Source: Bdellovibrionales bacterium (lineage in GTDB: Bacteria > Bdellovibrionota > Bdellovibrionia > Bdellovibrionales > CAYMLA01). From it: 64,000 bases of DNA. Below are positions 39,625 to 49,942 of this stretch, piece by piece (position 1 is the stretch's first letter; every line of letters starts with the position of its first letter). Made by a program: the position numbers and the translations under genes. The DNA lies in contig OZ244239.1 of the NCBI GenBank assembly GCA_965217115.1, positions 1,280,001 through 1,344,000 on the forward strand, read 5' to 3'. Under the pieces are notes generated by a model. The model was not told the origin of the DNA. It made no database searches and saw only the letters and a list, made by a program, of their open reading frames with translations.

Positions 39625-42231
39625 ATGTCAGTTAAATATCAACTAAAAAATGGAATGGATGTCATATTAGTAGAAAATCACAAATCTCCCGTTGTATCTG
39701 TACAAATGTGGATAAAAACAGGAAGCGCTGATGAACCGAAGCATCTCGCGGGAGTGAGTCACTTTATAGAACACTTGGTTTTTAAAGGCACAGAAAAATT
39801 TGGTGTTGGCGAGATTGCCTCCTGCGTAGAGGGTTCAGGGGGGGAGTTAAATGCCTATACATCGTTTGATCAAACGGTTTTTCACGTTACGATATCTAAG
39901 GAGTTTCAAAGCACTGGTTTAGAGGTTATTTCGCAAATGATGGGCTTCCCTTCATTCGATAAAAAAGAAATTAATAATGAGAGAGAGGTTGTGATTGAAG
40001 AGATAAAAAGAGGGCAGGACAGTCTTGGCAATCAAGCAAGCCAATTATTGTTCTCTACTCTCTTTAAAAATCACCCCTACGGAAGTCCCGTGATTGGTTT
40101 TGAAGAAATTATTCGTAATCTGAGTCGAGAAGAAATCGTACAGTACTTTGAAGAACGTTATGTGCCAGAGAATATGTTCTTATTGGTTACAGGAGATTTT
40201 GATCGTCAGGAAATGAAGCAGCTTATTAGAAGTAAATTTGAATGCTTTAAAAAGAAAAAATTAAAAAAGAGCCTAAAAACGCGTGCCCCAAAGTACACAT
40301 CTCCACAAATAAGAGTGAAAGAATCAAGTTTTGAGGACTCTATTGCTTATTTGTCATGGCCCGCCCCGGCAGTGAATCACGAAGACATTCCTGCGTTGGA
40401 TGTCTTATCAATGATTTTAGGGCAAGGTGAGAGTTCTCGTTTGGTCAGAGCGATGACAATTGATGAACGATTATTACAAGGAGTGGGAGCAAGCGCCTAC
40501 ACCCCCCGAAGAGCGGGGCTTTTTGCGATCTCTTTGGTTTTACACTTAGATCAACTAGAGAGAGCTTTACAGGTTTGTGGAGAAAAAATATTAGAAATCA
40601 TAAAAACTCCACCCTCTCAGGATGAGCTTAAACGGGCAATTGTAAATATGGAGGTGGGAGAACTTTTTTCTCTGGAGACTGTGGATGGCATTGCAAGAAA
40701 GACAGGGGAATTGGAGTTTTTATTAGGAGATTACAAGTATTTTAAAAAATACATAAAACAGGTTAGAAGTTTAACTTCAGATCGTATTTCAGAGGTGGCA
40801 AGGAAGTACTTAAAACCCCAGTTTTTCCACGGAATTATGCTGTCTAGTGAAAAACCTCAAAAAGCGGAAAAGACACTGAAGTCTTGGCAAAAAAAGTACT
40901 CTGAGGAGTTTAAAAAGATTAAAAAGCCACAAGAAAAACAAAATAAAAAACTTCGTTTAAAGAAAAATGACTTTGATTTAAACAAGGTAAGTAAGAAAAG
41001 AGGCCACATAAAAGTTTCTCGATATAAACAAGGACATAAAGGAGTTTTTTTTCAGAGCAATGAGACGCCGATTGTCTCTATTAAAGCGGCTTTTTTAGGG
41101 GGAAGCCGAGATGAGCCAGAAGGGAAAGAGGGGCTTTCGGAGGTTTTTTCCCGTTTATTAGGGGGAGGGACCGAATTAAGAAATGAAAATGAAATCTACA
41201 AGGATATTGAAAACCTAGGGGCGCATCTATCGTCTTTTTCTGGAAGAAACACGACAGGGCTTTCGTTGAATGTTGTGAATCGTTTTGAAAAAGAAGGCAC
41301 AGAGGTTTTTAGTGAGATACTTTCCATTCCTGTTTTTGATGAAAAGATCTTGTTAAGAGAAAAAGAAGCTCTTGTTGAACAAATTAAATCTAGCAATGAC
41401 AATTCAGGGCAAAGAGCAATTCGTCAATTCCATGAAGGTCTTTTTGAAACCCATCCTTATGCAAAGGACCCACAGGGGTCTATTGAGTCGGTGATGTCTA
41501 TTCATAAAAAGGATATTGAAGATTTCTGGTCAAAAATCGCACAGAGGAAGAATTTTACGTTTTCTCTTGCTGGTCCATATAATAAAGACTTTTCTTTAAA
41601 GGCCCTTAATAAAGTTTCTAAATCATTAGGTGGTGGGAAAAAAATTCAGAAAAAGTATTTATTCACTGGGCCAAAAGAAAATAAAATGATCTACAGTCAA
41701 GCTGATAAAGAACAGAGCCATATCGTTATAGGGTATAAGGGGCTTAATTTTAAATCGAAAAGAGTTTATGACTTACAAGTTATCCAGGCTGTTTTAGCAG
41801 GGCAGGGCGGACGACTGTTTCTTGAGTTAAGGGATAAAGAGTCCCTTGCTTATACGGTCACACCGATGCATATGGAAGGGATCGATGGTGGTTATTTTGG
41901 GGCTTACATAGGCTGCTCCCCCGAAAAAGCTAAGAAAGCGGTGAAGATGTTAAGAATTGAATTTAGAAAACTAATGGAAGAGCAGATTTCTGAGGAAGAG
42001 TTAAATAGGGCTAAGAGATACCTCATTGGCCGCCATGGGATAAGTTTACAGAGAATGTCATCTGTTTGTGGATCGATGTTGTTCAATGAGATTTATGACC
42101 TACCGGCTCGTGAGGTGTTTGACTACTCCATGAAGGTGTCTGAAGTGAGTTCAAAATCAATTCACAAGCTATGTCAGAAGATATTTGATCAACCTGAAAT
42201 TTTAAGTCTGGTTGGTCCGAGAGAAATATAG
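39625..42231 (+). CDS. M16 (pitrilysin-like) zinc protease
   Basis: SHFIEHLVFKGT (HxxEH), NAYTSFDQT, RLFLELRDKESLAY in the second half. Confidence 0.95.
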   Translation: MSVKYQLKNGMDVILVENHKSPVVSVQMWIKTGSADEPKHLAGVSHFIEHLVFKGTEKFGVGEIASCVEGSGGELNAYTSFDQTVFHVTISKEFQSTGLEVISQMMGFPSFDKKEINNEREVVIEEIKRGQDSLGNQASQLLFSTLFKNHPYGSPVIGFEEIIRNLSREEIVQYFEERYVPENMFLLVTGDFDRQEMKQLIRSKFECFKKKKLKKSLKTRAPKYTSPQIRVKESSFEDSIAYLSWPAPAVNHEDIPALDVLSMILGQGESSRLVRAMTIDERLLQGVGASAYTPRRAGLFAISLVLHLDQLERALQVCGEKILEIIKTPPSQDELKRAIVNMEVGELFSLETVDGIARKTGELEFLLGDYKYFKKYIKQVRSLTSDRISEVARKYLKPQFFHGIMLSSEKPQKAEKTLKSWQKKYSEEFKKIKKPQEKQNKKLRLKKNDFDLNKVSKKRGHIKVSRYKQGHKGVFFQSNETPIVSIKAAFLGGSRDEPEGKEGLSEVFSRLLGGGTELRNENEIYKDIENLGAHLSSFSGRNTTGLSLNVVNRFEKEGTEVFSEILSIPVFDEKILLREKEALVEQIKSSNDNSGQRAIRQFHEGLFETHPYAKDPQGSIESVMSIHKKDIEDFWSKIAQRKNFTFSLAGPYNKDFSLKALNKVSKSLGGGKKIQKKYLFTGPKENKMIYSQADKEQSHIVIGYKGLNFKSKRVYDLQVIQAVLAGQGGRLFLELRDKESLAYTVTPMHMEGIDGGYFGAYIGCSPEKAKKAVKMLRIEFRKLMEEQISEEELNRAKRYLIGRHGISLQRMSSVCGSMLFNEIYDLPAREVFDYSMKVSEVSSKSIHKLCQKIFDQPEILSLVGPREI

Positions 42232-42358
42232 AGAATACATGCTTTATTTGTCTTAAATCAGGACGTTAGGCGAGAAAAACGAAATTTGGCAATGGGAAGA
42301 CCGACCTTTCTGATAAAATTATAAGCGTGGGGTAATTGGCTTAGCTATTAAAGGCGTT

Positions 42359-42985
42359 ATGACTAATGAGAAAGAAAAATCAGTATCAGAACTTCTTTTG
42401 CCTTCTCGGGAGTTTTTTCAGTGTAAAATTGAGGAGGCTATTGATATTCGCCAAATTAAAATGGACCAGGTTATAAAGTCTTATTTGGTGGACTTGCTTG
42501 AACACTACTTAGACATAAGAAATCTATATCAAGAAGAAGACGAAAAAGGGCGTAAAAAAGTAACAACACTTGCTGAAACATTCCTGTTGGCTTTAAATCA
42601 AGAGAGAAATATCAAAATCGGTCAATTGAAAAAGCTTGGAGACAGAGCCCTCTACATAAGTGGTTTTTTTGGAGATTCTCTGCGTCGAAAAATTATTGAT
42701 TTAGATTATTATGTGGACATGGGTGGAGCTGCGTATGGCGCACTCTCTAGAAGTGTTGAAGAGGAATCTTTTTCTGAGGTGTATCGAGAGTTTTCTGAAC
42801 GATTTGTAGACTTTATGGATGTCTTGGCCTATATAAGCCAAGAGACTCAGATTCAAGATAACAAAAGTTTGATTCATCTTTATGATCGCTATTTGAGAAC
42901 AGGATCTGAGTTAGCAAAGGATAAGTTGGTTGAACTGGGTTTGCTGAACTCCTCTGTAGAACAAAAGAAAATAAATCAACAATAG
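42359..42985 (+). CDS. Conserved hypothetical protein
   Basis: 208-aa ORF; LGDRALYISGFFGDSL...DYYVDMG..AY looks like a widespread uncharacterised family. Confidence 0.7.
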   Translation: MTNEKEKSVSELLLPSREFFQCKIEEAIDIRQIKMDQVIKSYLVDLLEHYLDIRNLYQEEDEKGRKKVTTLAETFLLALNQERNIKIGQLKKLGDRALYISGFFGDSLRRKIIDLDYYVDMGGAAYGALSRSVEEESFSEVYREFSERFVDFMDVLAYISQETQIQDNKSLIHLYDRYLRTGSELAKDKLVELGLLNSSVEQKKINQQ

Positions 42986-43022
42986 GAAAAATCTAAAAAA
43001 ATAAAGCTGGAGTATTGGAGAG

Positions 43023-43268
43023 ATGTTTAATCTTGGGTTTTCAGAAATGATTCTTCTTGCGGCGGTAGCTTTGATTTTCATAGGGCCACAGCAATTACCA
43101 GGGATTGCCCGTGCTTTAGGGCGTCTAATTAATGAATTTAAACGAACAACAGCTGATATTGTTGGTGGAGTTAAAAATCCAGGACAAGATCTTGAAGAAT
43201 TAAGTGATAAATTACAAGAGTTAACAGAGATAAATTTAGACGTAGAAGAAAGTAAAAAAGATGAGTGA
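43023..43268 (+). CDS. tatB: Twin-arginine translocase TatA/TatB subunit
   Basis: MFNLGFSEM...IGPQQLPGIARALGR; upstream of tatC. Confidence 0.85.
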   Translation: MFNLGFSEMILLAAVALIFIGPQQLPGIARALGRLINEFKRTTADIVGGVKNPGQDLEELSDKLQELTEINLDVEESKKDE

Positions 43269-44010
43269 AGCTGTTTCTGAGGAAAACCAGAAAGAGAGTG
43301 GGGAACAGTCTCTTGTTGAACATTTAACCGAATTACGGGTTCGATTAATTAGAGCACTGATTTGTGTTATTCTTGGTGCAGCAGGTTGCTGGGTATTCAG
43401 TGAGAGTCTTTTTGACTTTATTAGACATCCTATAACACCGTTTTTAGGAGAAAAAGGACTTGTTTTTACAGCTCCAATGGACAAATTCTTAGCTCACGTG
43501 AAGGTTTCCTTTTTGGGGGGGGTGATTATCGCATGCCCCTTTTGGCTTTATCAAGTTTGGAAGTTTATGGCACCGGGGCTTTATAGTAATGAAAAAAAAT
43601 ACACGACGGCCTTTCTTTTTTCAGGAACGACTCTATTCTTAATGGGAACAAACTTTGTCTACTGGGTTGTGTATCCAATGGCTTTTGAGTTTTTATTAAA
43701 TTTTGGGGGGCAGGTAGACAGCCCGATGATCACTATTTCGGAATACATATCTTTCTTTATAACAACAACAGTTTTATTTGGGGTGGCTTTTGAATTACCG
43801 TTGTTACTGACTGTTCTTGGCATTGCAGGAGTTGTTGATAAATCTTTTTTAGTTCGCCATCGTCGTTATGCAATTGTCATTTTATCGTTTATGAGTGCAA
43901 TGATAACGCCACCTGATATTGTGAGTATGCTGCTAATGATTGTCCCTCTGCTGTTGCTATATGAGGCAGGGGTTTTTATGGTGGGAATTGTCGGTAAAAA
44001 AATAGTTTAA
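43261..44010 (+). CDS. tatC: Twin-arginine translocase TatC
   Basis: HLTELRVRL, YQVWKFMAPGLY, FELP, ITPPD. Confidence 0.97.
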   Translation: MSEAVSEENQKESGEQSLVEHLTELRVRLIRALICVILGAAGCWVFSESLFDFIRHPITPFLGEKGLVFTAPMDKFLAHVKVSFLGGVIIACPFWLYQVWKFMAPGLYSNEKKYTTAFLFSGTTLFLMGTNFVYWVVYPMAFEFLLNFGGQVDSPMITISEYISFFITTTVLFGVAFELPLLLTVLGIAGVVDKSFLVRHRRYAIVILSFMSAMITPPDIVSMLLMIVPLLLLYEAGVFMVGIVGKKIV

Positions 44011-44015
44011 TTTGA

Positions 44016-44537
44016 TTATTCAAACTCAAGTAATAGAGAGTTTTTCTCGACAGCATCTCCGCCGGAGATATAAATTTTCTTTATTTTAGCATCAGAAGAA
44101 GAGCGAATCTCATTCTCCATTTTCATAGCTTCCATAACGATCAAAGGGTCTCCGGCTTTTACCTGTTGCCCCTCTTTAACAGAGACAGAAATGATTTTTC
44201 CAGGCATATCACTTTTAAGAGTTTTTTCTAAACTGAGACGCCCCTCTTTTTTAAGGCTTTCGTGAAGAAGCATTTCATCGTTAGACATCGTTATCGTTCG
44301 ATAAGATCCACGCGTGTAAACCTCGTATTTAGTATCTTTTTTGATAACATCAATTAAGTAGGATTTATTTTTAAAAAGTAGACTTATGGTTTTCTCTGCC
44401 GTTTGGTGGTTTTTTTTATTTAAATTGTAGAAGACCCGCTCTTGACCTTCTTCTTGAAGAGAAATTTCCCAATGGGAAGAAGTTTCAGTGACATCGATCT
44501 TATATTTTTTGCCCTTTGTTTTAGCTTCAAAATACAT
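44016..44537 (-). CDS. Biotin carboxyl carrier protein of acyl-CoA carboxylase
   Basis: MPGKI and EAMKMENEI biotinylation motif. Confidence 0.93.
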   Translation of the reverse strand: MYFEAKTKGKKYKIDVTETSSHWEISLQEEGQERVFYNLNKKNHQTAEKTISLLFKNKSYLIDVIKKDTKYEVYTRGSYRTITMSNDEMLLHESLKKEGRLSLEKTLKSDMPGKIISVSVKEGQQVKAGDPLIVMEAMKMENEIRSSSDAKIKKIYISGGDAVEKNSLLLEFE

Positions 44538-44538
44538 A

Positions 44539-46035
44539 TTACGACCTCATGGAAAGTTTACGGCTTTGGGTTTTCCAATGATTTAGAGATGGTTTCATCT
44601 TTGTGCTCTCCCCTTTTCTTTCATTAAAGGCAAAAATGGCTGCAGCGACAAGAAAAACATGGTCGTCGACAAAGCGAAATAATTCTGGTTCACTGATATT
44701 CAAGTCGTTTTCAATAAAATTCGTTGTATAACGGCCACTTAAAAATTTGGAATGTGAAAGAATAGATTTGTGTAGAACGATATTTGTTTTGACTCCCGTG
44801 ATAATAAATTCAGTCAAAGCTCGTTGTAGTTTTTGAATAGCATCGTCACGACTTTTACCCCATGTAATAACTTTGGCAATCATTGGATCATAGTAGAGAG
44901 GGACCTCATAGCCAGGGTAGACGTGGGAATCAAGGCGAACAAAAGGCCCTTGTGGTAGACGACAGATGCGAACTTTACCTGGGGAGGGAGTGTAATTAAC
45001 AGGGTCTTCAGCGCAGATGCGGGCCTCAATAGCGTGTCCAGTAATTTTAATATTTTCTTGCTTAAAGCTCAAAGGTTTTCCCTGGGCGACGTTAATCTGC
45101 TCTTGAACCAAATCTTTTCCTGTGACCATTTCTGTTACAGGGTGTTCAACCTGTAGGCGAGTGTTCATCTCCATAAAATAAAAATCATTGGTATTTGCGT
45201 CGTAGATAAATTCAAAAGTTCCTGCACCAATATAGTTAATAGATTTTGCTGCTTTGACAGAAAGAGCCCCCATTTTTTCACGAACATCACTTGGGACAGA
45301 GGGACTCGGAGCTTCTTCAATGATTTTTTGATGCCGTCTTTGCATGGAACACTCGCGATCATAAAGATGAACGACGTTGCCATGGTTGTCCCCAAAAATT
45401 TGAATTTCGATATGTTTAGGGCTAGAGATATATTTTTCTATGTAGACAGCGTCGTTGGCGAAATAATTTTTCCCCTCTGATTTACATGTGTTAAATGCGC
45501 TTTCAAGGTCTTTCTCATCGGTGACAACCCTCATGCCTTTGCCGCCTCCTCCAGCAGAGGCCTTGAGAATAATAGGAAGGCCTATTTTTTTGAGAAAACG
45601 TCGAGCGTCGTTGATATTTTCTAAGACTCCAGGGCTTCCAGGAACAACGGGAACTCCAGCGTGTTGCATAAGGTCTTTGGCAGAGAGTTTGTCGCCCATC
45701 AGCTCAATATTTTTAGAAGTGGGACCAATAAAGGAAATACCTATTTTTTCGAGTTTGAGAGCGAATTCAGTATTTTCACTTAAAAAACCATATCCGGGAT
45801 GGATAGCGTCGACATTTGCTTTTTGTGCGATTTCAATGATTTTATCAATTTTCAGATAAGATTCGTTAGGGGAAGCAGGGCCGATAAAGTAAGCTTCTTC
45901 GGCAAGGAGAACGTGAAGGCTATTGCGGTCTGCTTCACTGAAGACAGCGACAGAGACAATCCCCATCTCTCGACAGGTGCGGATGACGCGAATAGCAATT
46001 TCTCCTCGATTGGCAATTAGAATTTTTTTAAACAT
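44539..46035 (-). CDS. accC: Acetyl/propionyl-CoA carboxylase biotin carboxylase subunit
   Basis: ILIANRGEIA, HPGYGFLSEN, GGGGKGMR, EMNTRLQVEHPVTE. Confidence 0.95.
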   Translation of the reverse strand: MFKKILIANRGEIAIRVIRTCREMGIVSVAVFSEADRNSLHVLLAEEAYFIGPASPNESYLKIDKIIEIAQKANVDAIHPGYGFLSENTEFALKLEKIGISFIGPTSKNIELMGDKLSAKDLMQHAGVPVVPGSPGVLENINDARRFLKKIGLPIILKASAGGGGKGMRVVTDEKDLESAFNTCKSEGKNYFANDAVYIEKYISSPKHIEIQIFGDNHGNVVHLYDRECSMQRRHQKIIEEAPSPSVPSDVREKMGALSVKAAKSINYIGAGTFEFIYDANTNDFYFMEMNTRLQVEHPVTEMVTGKDLVQEQINVAQGKPLSFKQENIKITGHAIEARICAEDPVNYTPSPGKVRICRLPQGPFVRLDSHVYPGYEVPLYYDPMIAKVITWGKSRDDAIQKLQRALTEFIITGVKTNIVLHKSILSHSKFLSGRYTTNFIENDLNISEPELFRFVDDHVFLVAAAIFAFNERKGESTKMKPSLNHWKTQSRKLSMRS

Positions 46036-46049
46036 AGGTATTTTCCATT

Positions 46050-47618
46050 CTAAAGAGGGATGTTCCCATGTTTTTTTGCTGGCATTGATCCTCTTTTGTT
46101 TTTAAGCATATCTAAGGATTCAATAAGACGTTTGCGTGTGACGGCAGGTTCAATGACTTCATCAAAGTATCCTAATTCAGCAGAGACGTATGGGTTATTG
46201 AATTTTTTTTCGTAATCTTCAGTTAGCTCTTTTCTTTTGTTTTCTGAATTGTCTGCATCTTGAATAGCCTGACGTTGAATGATATTAACGGCACCCTCAG
46301 CTCCCATAACAGCAATCTCTCCAGTGGGATAGGATAGGTTGATGTCAGCATCGAGGTGTTTGGAGGCCATTACAATGTAGGCTCCGCCGTAGGCTTTTCT
46401 GGTGATTAAGGTGATCTTAGGAACAGTGGCCTCGGCATAGGCGTAAAGCAATTTAGCTCCGTGAGTGATAAGGCCATTATGTTCTTGATCCATTCCGGGG
46501 AGAAATCCGGGGACATCAACAAAACTAATAATCGGGATATTAAAAGCATCACAGAAACGAATAAAACGAGAGGCTTTGCGACTGGCTTCAATATTTAAAC
46601 AGCCTGCTAAATGCATGGGTTGATTGGCAACAATACCAACACTATGGCCGTTTAATCGTGAGAGGCCTATAATAATATTTTGTGCAAAGTCTTTTTGAAC
46701 CTCTAAAAAATAGCCTTCATCGACGACAAGAGAAATTATTTTTTTCATATCATAGGGCTTTTTAGAATTATCTGGAATAAAATCGTTGAGAGATTCAATC
46801 ATACGACAAGGAGAGTCTTTTGTTGGTAAAATAGGAGAATCATCCATATTGTTGCTTGGCAAAAAACCCATGAGTTCACGAATCATTAAGAGGCATGTTT
46901 TGTCATCTTTAGAAGAAAAATGGGCAACTCCTGATTTTTCAGTGTGGGTGACAGCTCCACCAAGTTTTTCTTTGGTGATGTCTTCATGGGTGACGGACTT
47001 AATAACATCGGGACCAGTGACAAACATATAGCTTGTGTTTTCAACCATAAAAACAAAATCTGTAATACTTGGGCTGTAGACAGCTCCACCAGCACAAGGC
47101 CCCATGATAGCGCTGATCTGTGGAATAACCCCTGAGAATTTTACATTGCGAGTAAAAATATCTCCATAGCCAGCAAGAGCTTCAACACCCTCTTGGATGC
47201 GGGCACCTCCCGCATCATTGAGGCCAATCATAGGGGCGCCATTTTGAATGGCTAAGTCCATGACCTTTATTATTTTATTAGCTGCTGTGCGCGACATGCT
47301 TCCGCCGAAAACGGTGAAATCTTGACTGTAAATATAAACGAGTTTTCCATTGATGTGGCCATAGCCAGTGATAACTCCGTCACCAGGAATTATTTTTTTT
47401 TCCATTCCAAAATTTACACAGCGTTGCGAGACAAAACGATCGAGTTCAACAAAACTACTTGGGTCTAGGAGAACATCTAATCGTTCTCGGGCGGTTAAAC
47501 GTCCCCCGCTTTTGTGTTTAGCAATACGAGCTTCTCCGCCACCGAGCATGGCGTCTTCATTGCGTTTTTTAAGTTCATCGAGACGATCTTTGGTGGTGTT
47601 TAAGGGAGTGTCTTGCAT
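46050..47618 (-). CDS. pccB: Acyl-CoA (propionyl-CoA) carboxylase carboxyltransferase beta chain
   Basis: GGARIQEG, GPCAGGAVYSP, DVPGFLPG, RKAYGGAY, KKHGNIPL. Confidence 0.93.
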   Translation of the reverse strand: MQDTPLNTTKDRLDELKKRNEDAMLGGGEARIAKHKSGGRLTARERLDVLLDPSSFVELDRFVSQRCVNFGMEKKIIPGDGVITGYGHINGKLVYIYSQDFTVFGGSMSRTAANKIIKVMDLAIQNGAPMIGLNDAGGARIQEGVEALAGYGDIFTRNVKFSGVIPQISAIMGPCAGGAVYSPSITDFVFMVENTSYMFVTGPDVIKSVTHEDITKEKLGGAVTHTEKSGVAHFSSKDDKTCLLMIRELMGFLPSNNMDDSPILPTKDSPCRMIESLNDFIPDNSKKPYDMKKIISLVVDEGYFLEVQKDFAQNIIIGLSRLNGHSVGIVANQPMHLAGCLNIEASRKASRFIRFCDAFNIPIISFVDVPGFLPGMDQEHNGLITHGAKLLYAYAEATVPKITLITRKAYGGAYIVMASKHLDADINLSYPTGEIAVMGAEGAVNIIQRQAIQDADNSENKRKELTEDYEKKFNNPYVSAELGYFDEVIEPAVTRKRLIESLDMLKNKRGSMPAKKHGNIPL

Positions 47619-47723
47619 AATAGTTTTGTCTCCTAAGATCCTATGGGGCCGCTTGGTAACAGCTCCTCCCAGTTAAGGTTTCTTCTAGCATATGGAAAGA
47701 AAGAGGATCATGGAAAAACTCTA

Positions 47724-48968
47724 TTAACGCAAGGCGGCGTCAAGGCTCTGTAGAGCTCTCTCAATATTGAGTCTTCCGTTAGAGACAACAGGCGATGGGG
47801 TGAGGCCAATGTCGACAGAATCTAAAAGAGCCTGCTTGATTTGTCGACTTGTGGCAGAGGGGAAGCGACTCCACAGAAGGGCTGCTGAGCCAGAGACAAT
47901 GGGTGCGGCCATGCTCGTTCCGCTCATGAGAGAAGCTCCTCCACCTGGAAGAGTGCTGTAGATATTGCTACCTGGGGCGACGAGATGTGTTTTATTAAAA
48001 CTGTAATTGGAATAGTTGGCCATGAAGTCTTCTTCGTTGGAAGCGCCAACTGTTATTTGTGAGGAAATTTCGAAAGCTGCGGGAAAAGTTGGATGATCGT
48101 CAAGATTAGCGCCGTCGTTCCCAGAGGCAGTGATAAAGAGAACATCTTTTTTTCCTAGCTGCTCTATGGACTCCTTTAAGGCGGAAGAGCAATCAGGTCC
48201 GCCCCAACTTGCGTTGATAATTTTGGCTCCTTGGGAGACAGCGTATTGAATGGCTTCGATGGCATCGCTTAAGCGTCCAGAACCGTCTGGGCCCATAAAA
48301 TTAAGGGGAAGGAGTTTTGCATTAGGAGCAATGCCTTTTGCTGCTCCTTGATTGTGACTGGCAAGAGCGATTCCTGAGACATGGGTTCCGTGTCCATCGC
48401 TGTCACGGACTCTTCCTGTTCGATTGAAAAAGTCGTAACCTTGAAAGTCATCAATCAAACCATTGCCGTCGTCATCTCTGTTATTAAAGGGCGTTTCTCT
48501 TCTGTTGGTGTGAAGACTGTCTCTTATCTGCGGGTGGTTGGTATCAACGCCGGTATCGATAATGGCAATAATAATACCGTCGCCCTTTATATTGTTGTTC
48601 CATGCATATGCGGCTTTAATTAAATTTAAATGATAGGATTTAGAAGAAAGAGATAAACCGTCAGTTGTTTTTATGAAATCATTAATTTTTACGGTGTAAT
48701 CGTATTCAGCTAGTTCAATTTTATCTAAATTAGGTTCAACAAAATTTTTAAAAAATGTTTTTTTATCTTGAGCCTTAACAGTAGAGATATGTCCATCTGT
48801 CCATTTAACGATAAAGCGATTTTTGATGGCCTTATTAAGGCAAGACTGGGGGCCATGTTTATTCGTAGGAGGAATAAACACAGTGTGAGCACTTTTATTA
48901 AAACCACAGGAAGAAAGCACCGAAACAGATAAAATAATAATGGTAAAATGTAAGACATCCATGTCCAC
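47724..48968 (-). CDS. Subtilisin-like S8 serine protease (lipoprotein)
   Basis: IIDTG, HGTHVSG, SGTSMAAP catalytic triad; lipobox LSSC. Confidence 0.95.
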   Translation of the reverse strand: MDMDVLHFTIIILSVSVLSSCGFNKSAHTVFIPPTNKHGPQSCLNKAIKNRFIVKWTDGHISTVKAQDKKTFFKNFVEPNLDKIELAEYDYTVKINDFIKTTDGLSLSSKSYHLNLIKAAYAWNNNIKGDGIIIAIIDTGVDTNHPQIRDSLHTNRRETPFNNRDDDGNGLIDDFQGYDFFNRTGRVRDSDGHGTHVSGIALASHNQGAAKGIAPNAKLLPLNFMGPDGSGRLSDAIEAIQYAVSQGAKIINASWGGPDCSSALKESIEQLGKKDVLFITASGNDGANLDDHPTFPAAFEISSQITVGASNEEDFMANYSNYSFNKTHLVAPGSNIYSTLPGGGASLMSGTSMAAPIVSGSAALLWSRFPSATSRQIKQALLDSVDIGLTPSPVVSNGRLNIERALQSLDAALR

Positions 48969-49083
48969 TCCTAAAGGCTTCGTGCCTTTTAAGGTATGAC
49001 CTGTTGAGTGGAGAATAAGGTTAATTTTTTTGTAACTATTTAGAGGGTATGTTTTTAAAGATTAAGGAGAGAAGCTGTTGTGA

Positions 49084-49908
49084 TTAAATTTTTGCAATAA
49101 ATTGAGCAAGGACAGTTGCAAAGTGATTTTCAACTTGTTTGGCAGTGTCAGTGACATCTTCGTGGTTTAATTTTTCTTTAGAAATTCCTGCGGCCATATT
49201 TGTGATACAGCTGATGCCGCAAACACGAAGCCCGAGGAAGTTAGCTGCAATAGTTTCAGGCACAGTGCTCATGCCGACGGCTCCAGCTCCTATAAGACGG
49301 AAAAAATTAATTTCAGCAGGAGTTTCATAGCTAGGACCACTCACGCCGCAGTAAATTCCTTTGTGGCAGGGGATTTGATTTTCTTCCATCGTTTTTATGA
49401 GAAGAGAAGTCAGTTTTTTATCGTAGGCTTCTGTCATATCGAAAAATCGAGGACCGAGATCTTTTAGATGGGGGCCTATTAAAGGATTTGTTCCAGTGAG
49501 GTTTATGTGGTCTTCGATGGCCATAAAATGGCCCGGCTGCATTTTATCAAGAAGTCCCCCAGAAGAGTTGGTAAGGATAAGTTCTTTCACACCGAGCATT
49601 GCCAAGGTAAAGACGGGGTAAGTGACCGTCGACATAGAGTGTCCTTCGTAATAATGAATCCGACCTTGAAGGACTATAACAGGGGTGTTTTTTATCGAGC
49701 CAAAAACAAAATTTCCGCCGTGTCCTTCGATTGTTGGTGGAACAAAATGGGGGATATCTTGAAAAGGAAGGGTAAAGTCAATATCCATAGATTGAACAAA
49801 AGATCCGAGACCAGAGCCAAGAACAACACCTGTTTTTGGGAAGTTTTTTTTAGAAGAGTGTTCTTTAATGTAATCAATGGTTTCCTTAAGTTTTTGCGTG
49901 ACCGTCAT
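49084..49908 (-). CDS. punA: Purine-nucleoside phosphorylase (trimeric type)
   Basis: VLGSGLG, GRIHYYEG, GPSYETPAE, VGMSTVPE. Confidence 0.93.
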   Translation of the reverse strand: MTVTQKLKETIDYIKEHSSKKNFPKTGVVLGSGLGSFVQSMDIDFTLPFQDIPHFVPPTIEGHGGNFVFGSIKNTPVIVLQGRIHYYEGHSMSTVTYPVFTLAMLGVKELILTNSSGGLLDKMQPGHFMAIEDHINLTGTNPLIGPHLKDLGPRFFDMTEAYDKKLTSLLIKTMEENQIPCHKGIYCGVSGPSYETPAEINFFRLIGAGAVGMSTVPETIAANFLGLRVCGISCITNMAAGISKEKLNHEDVTDTAKQVENHFATVLAQFIAKI

Positions 49909-49942
49909 TTTAGATATCCTTTATTTATTGTTTCTACGAGTC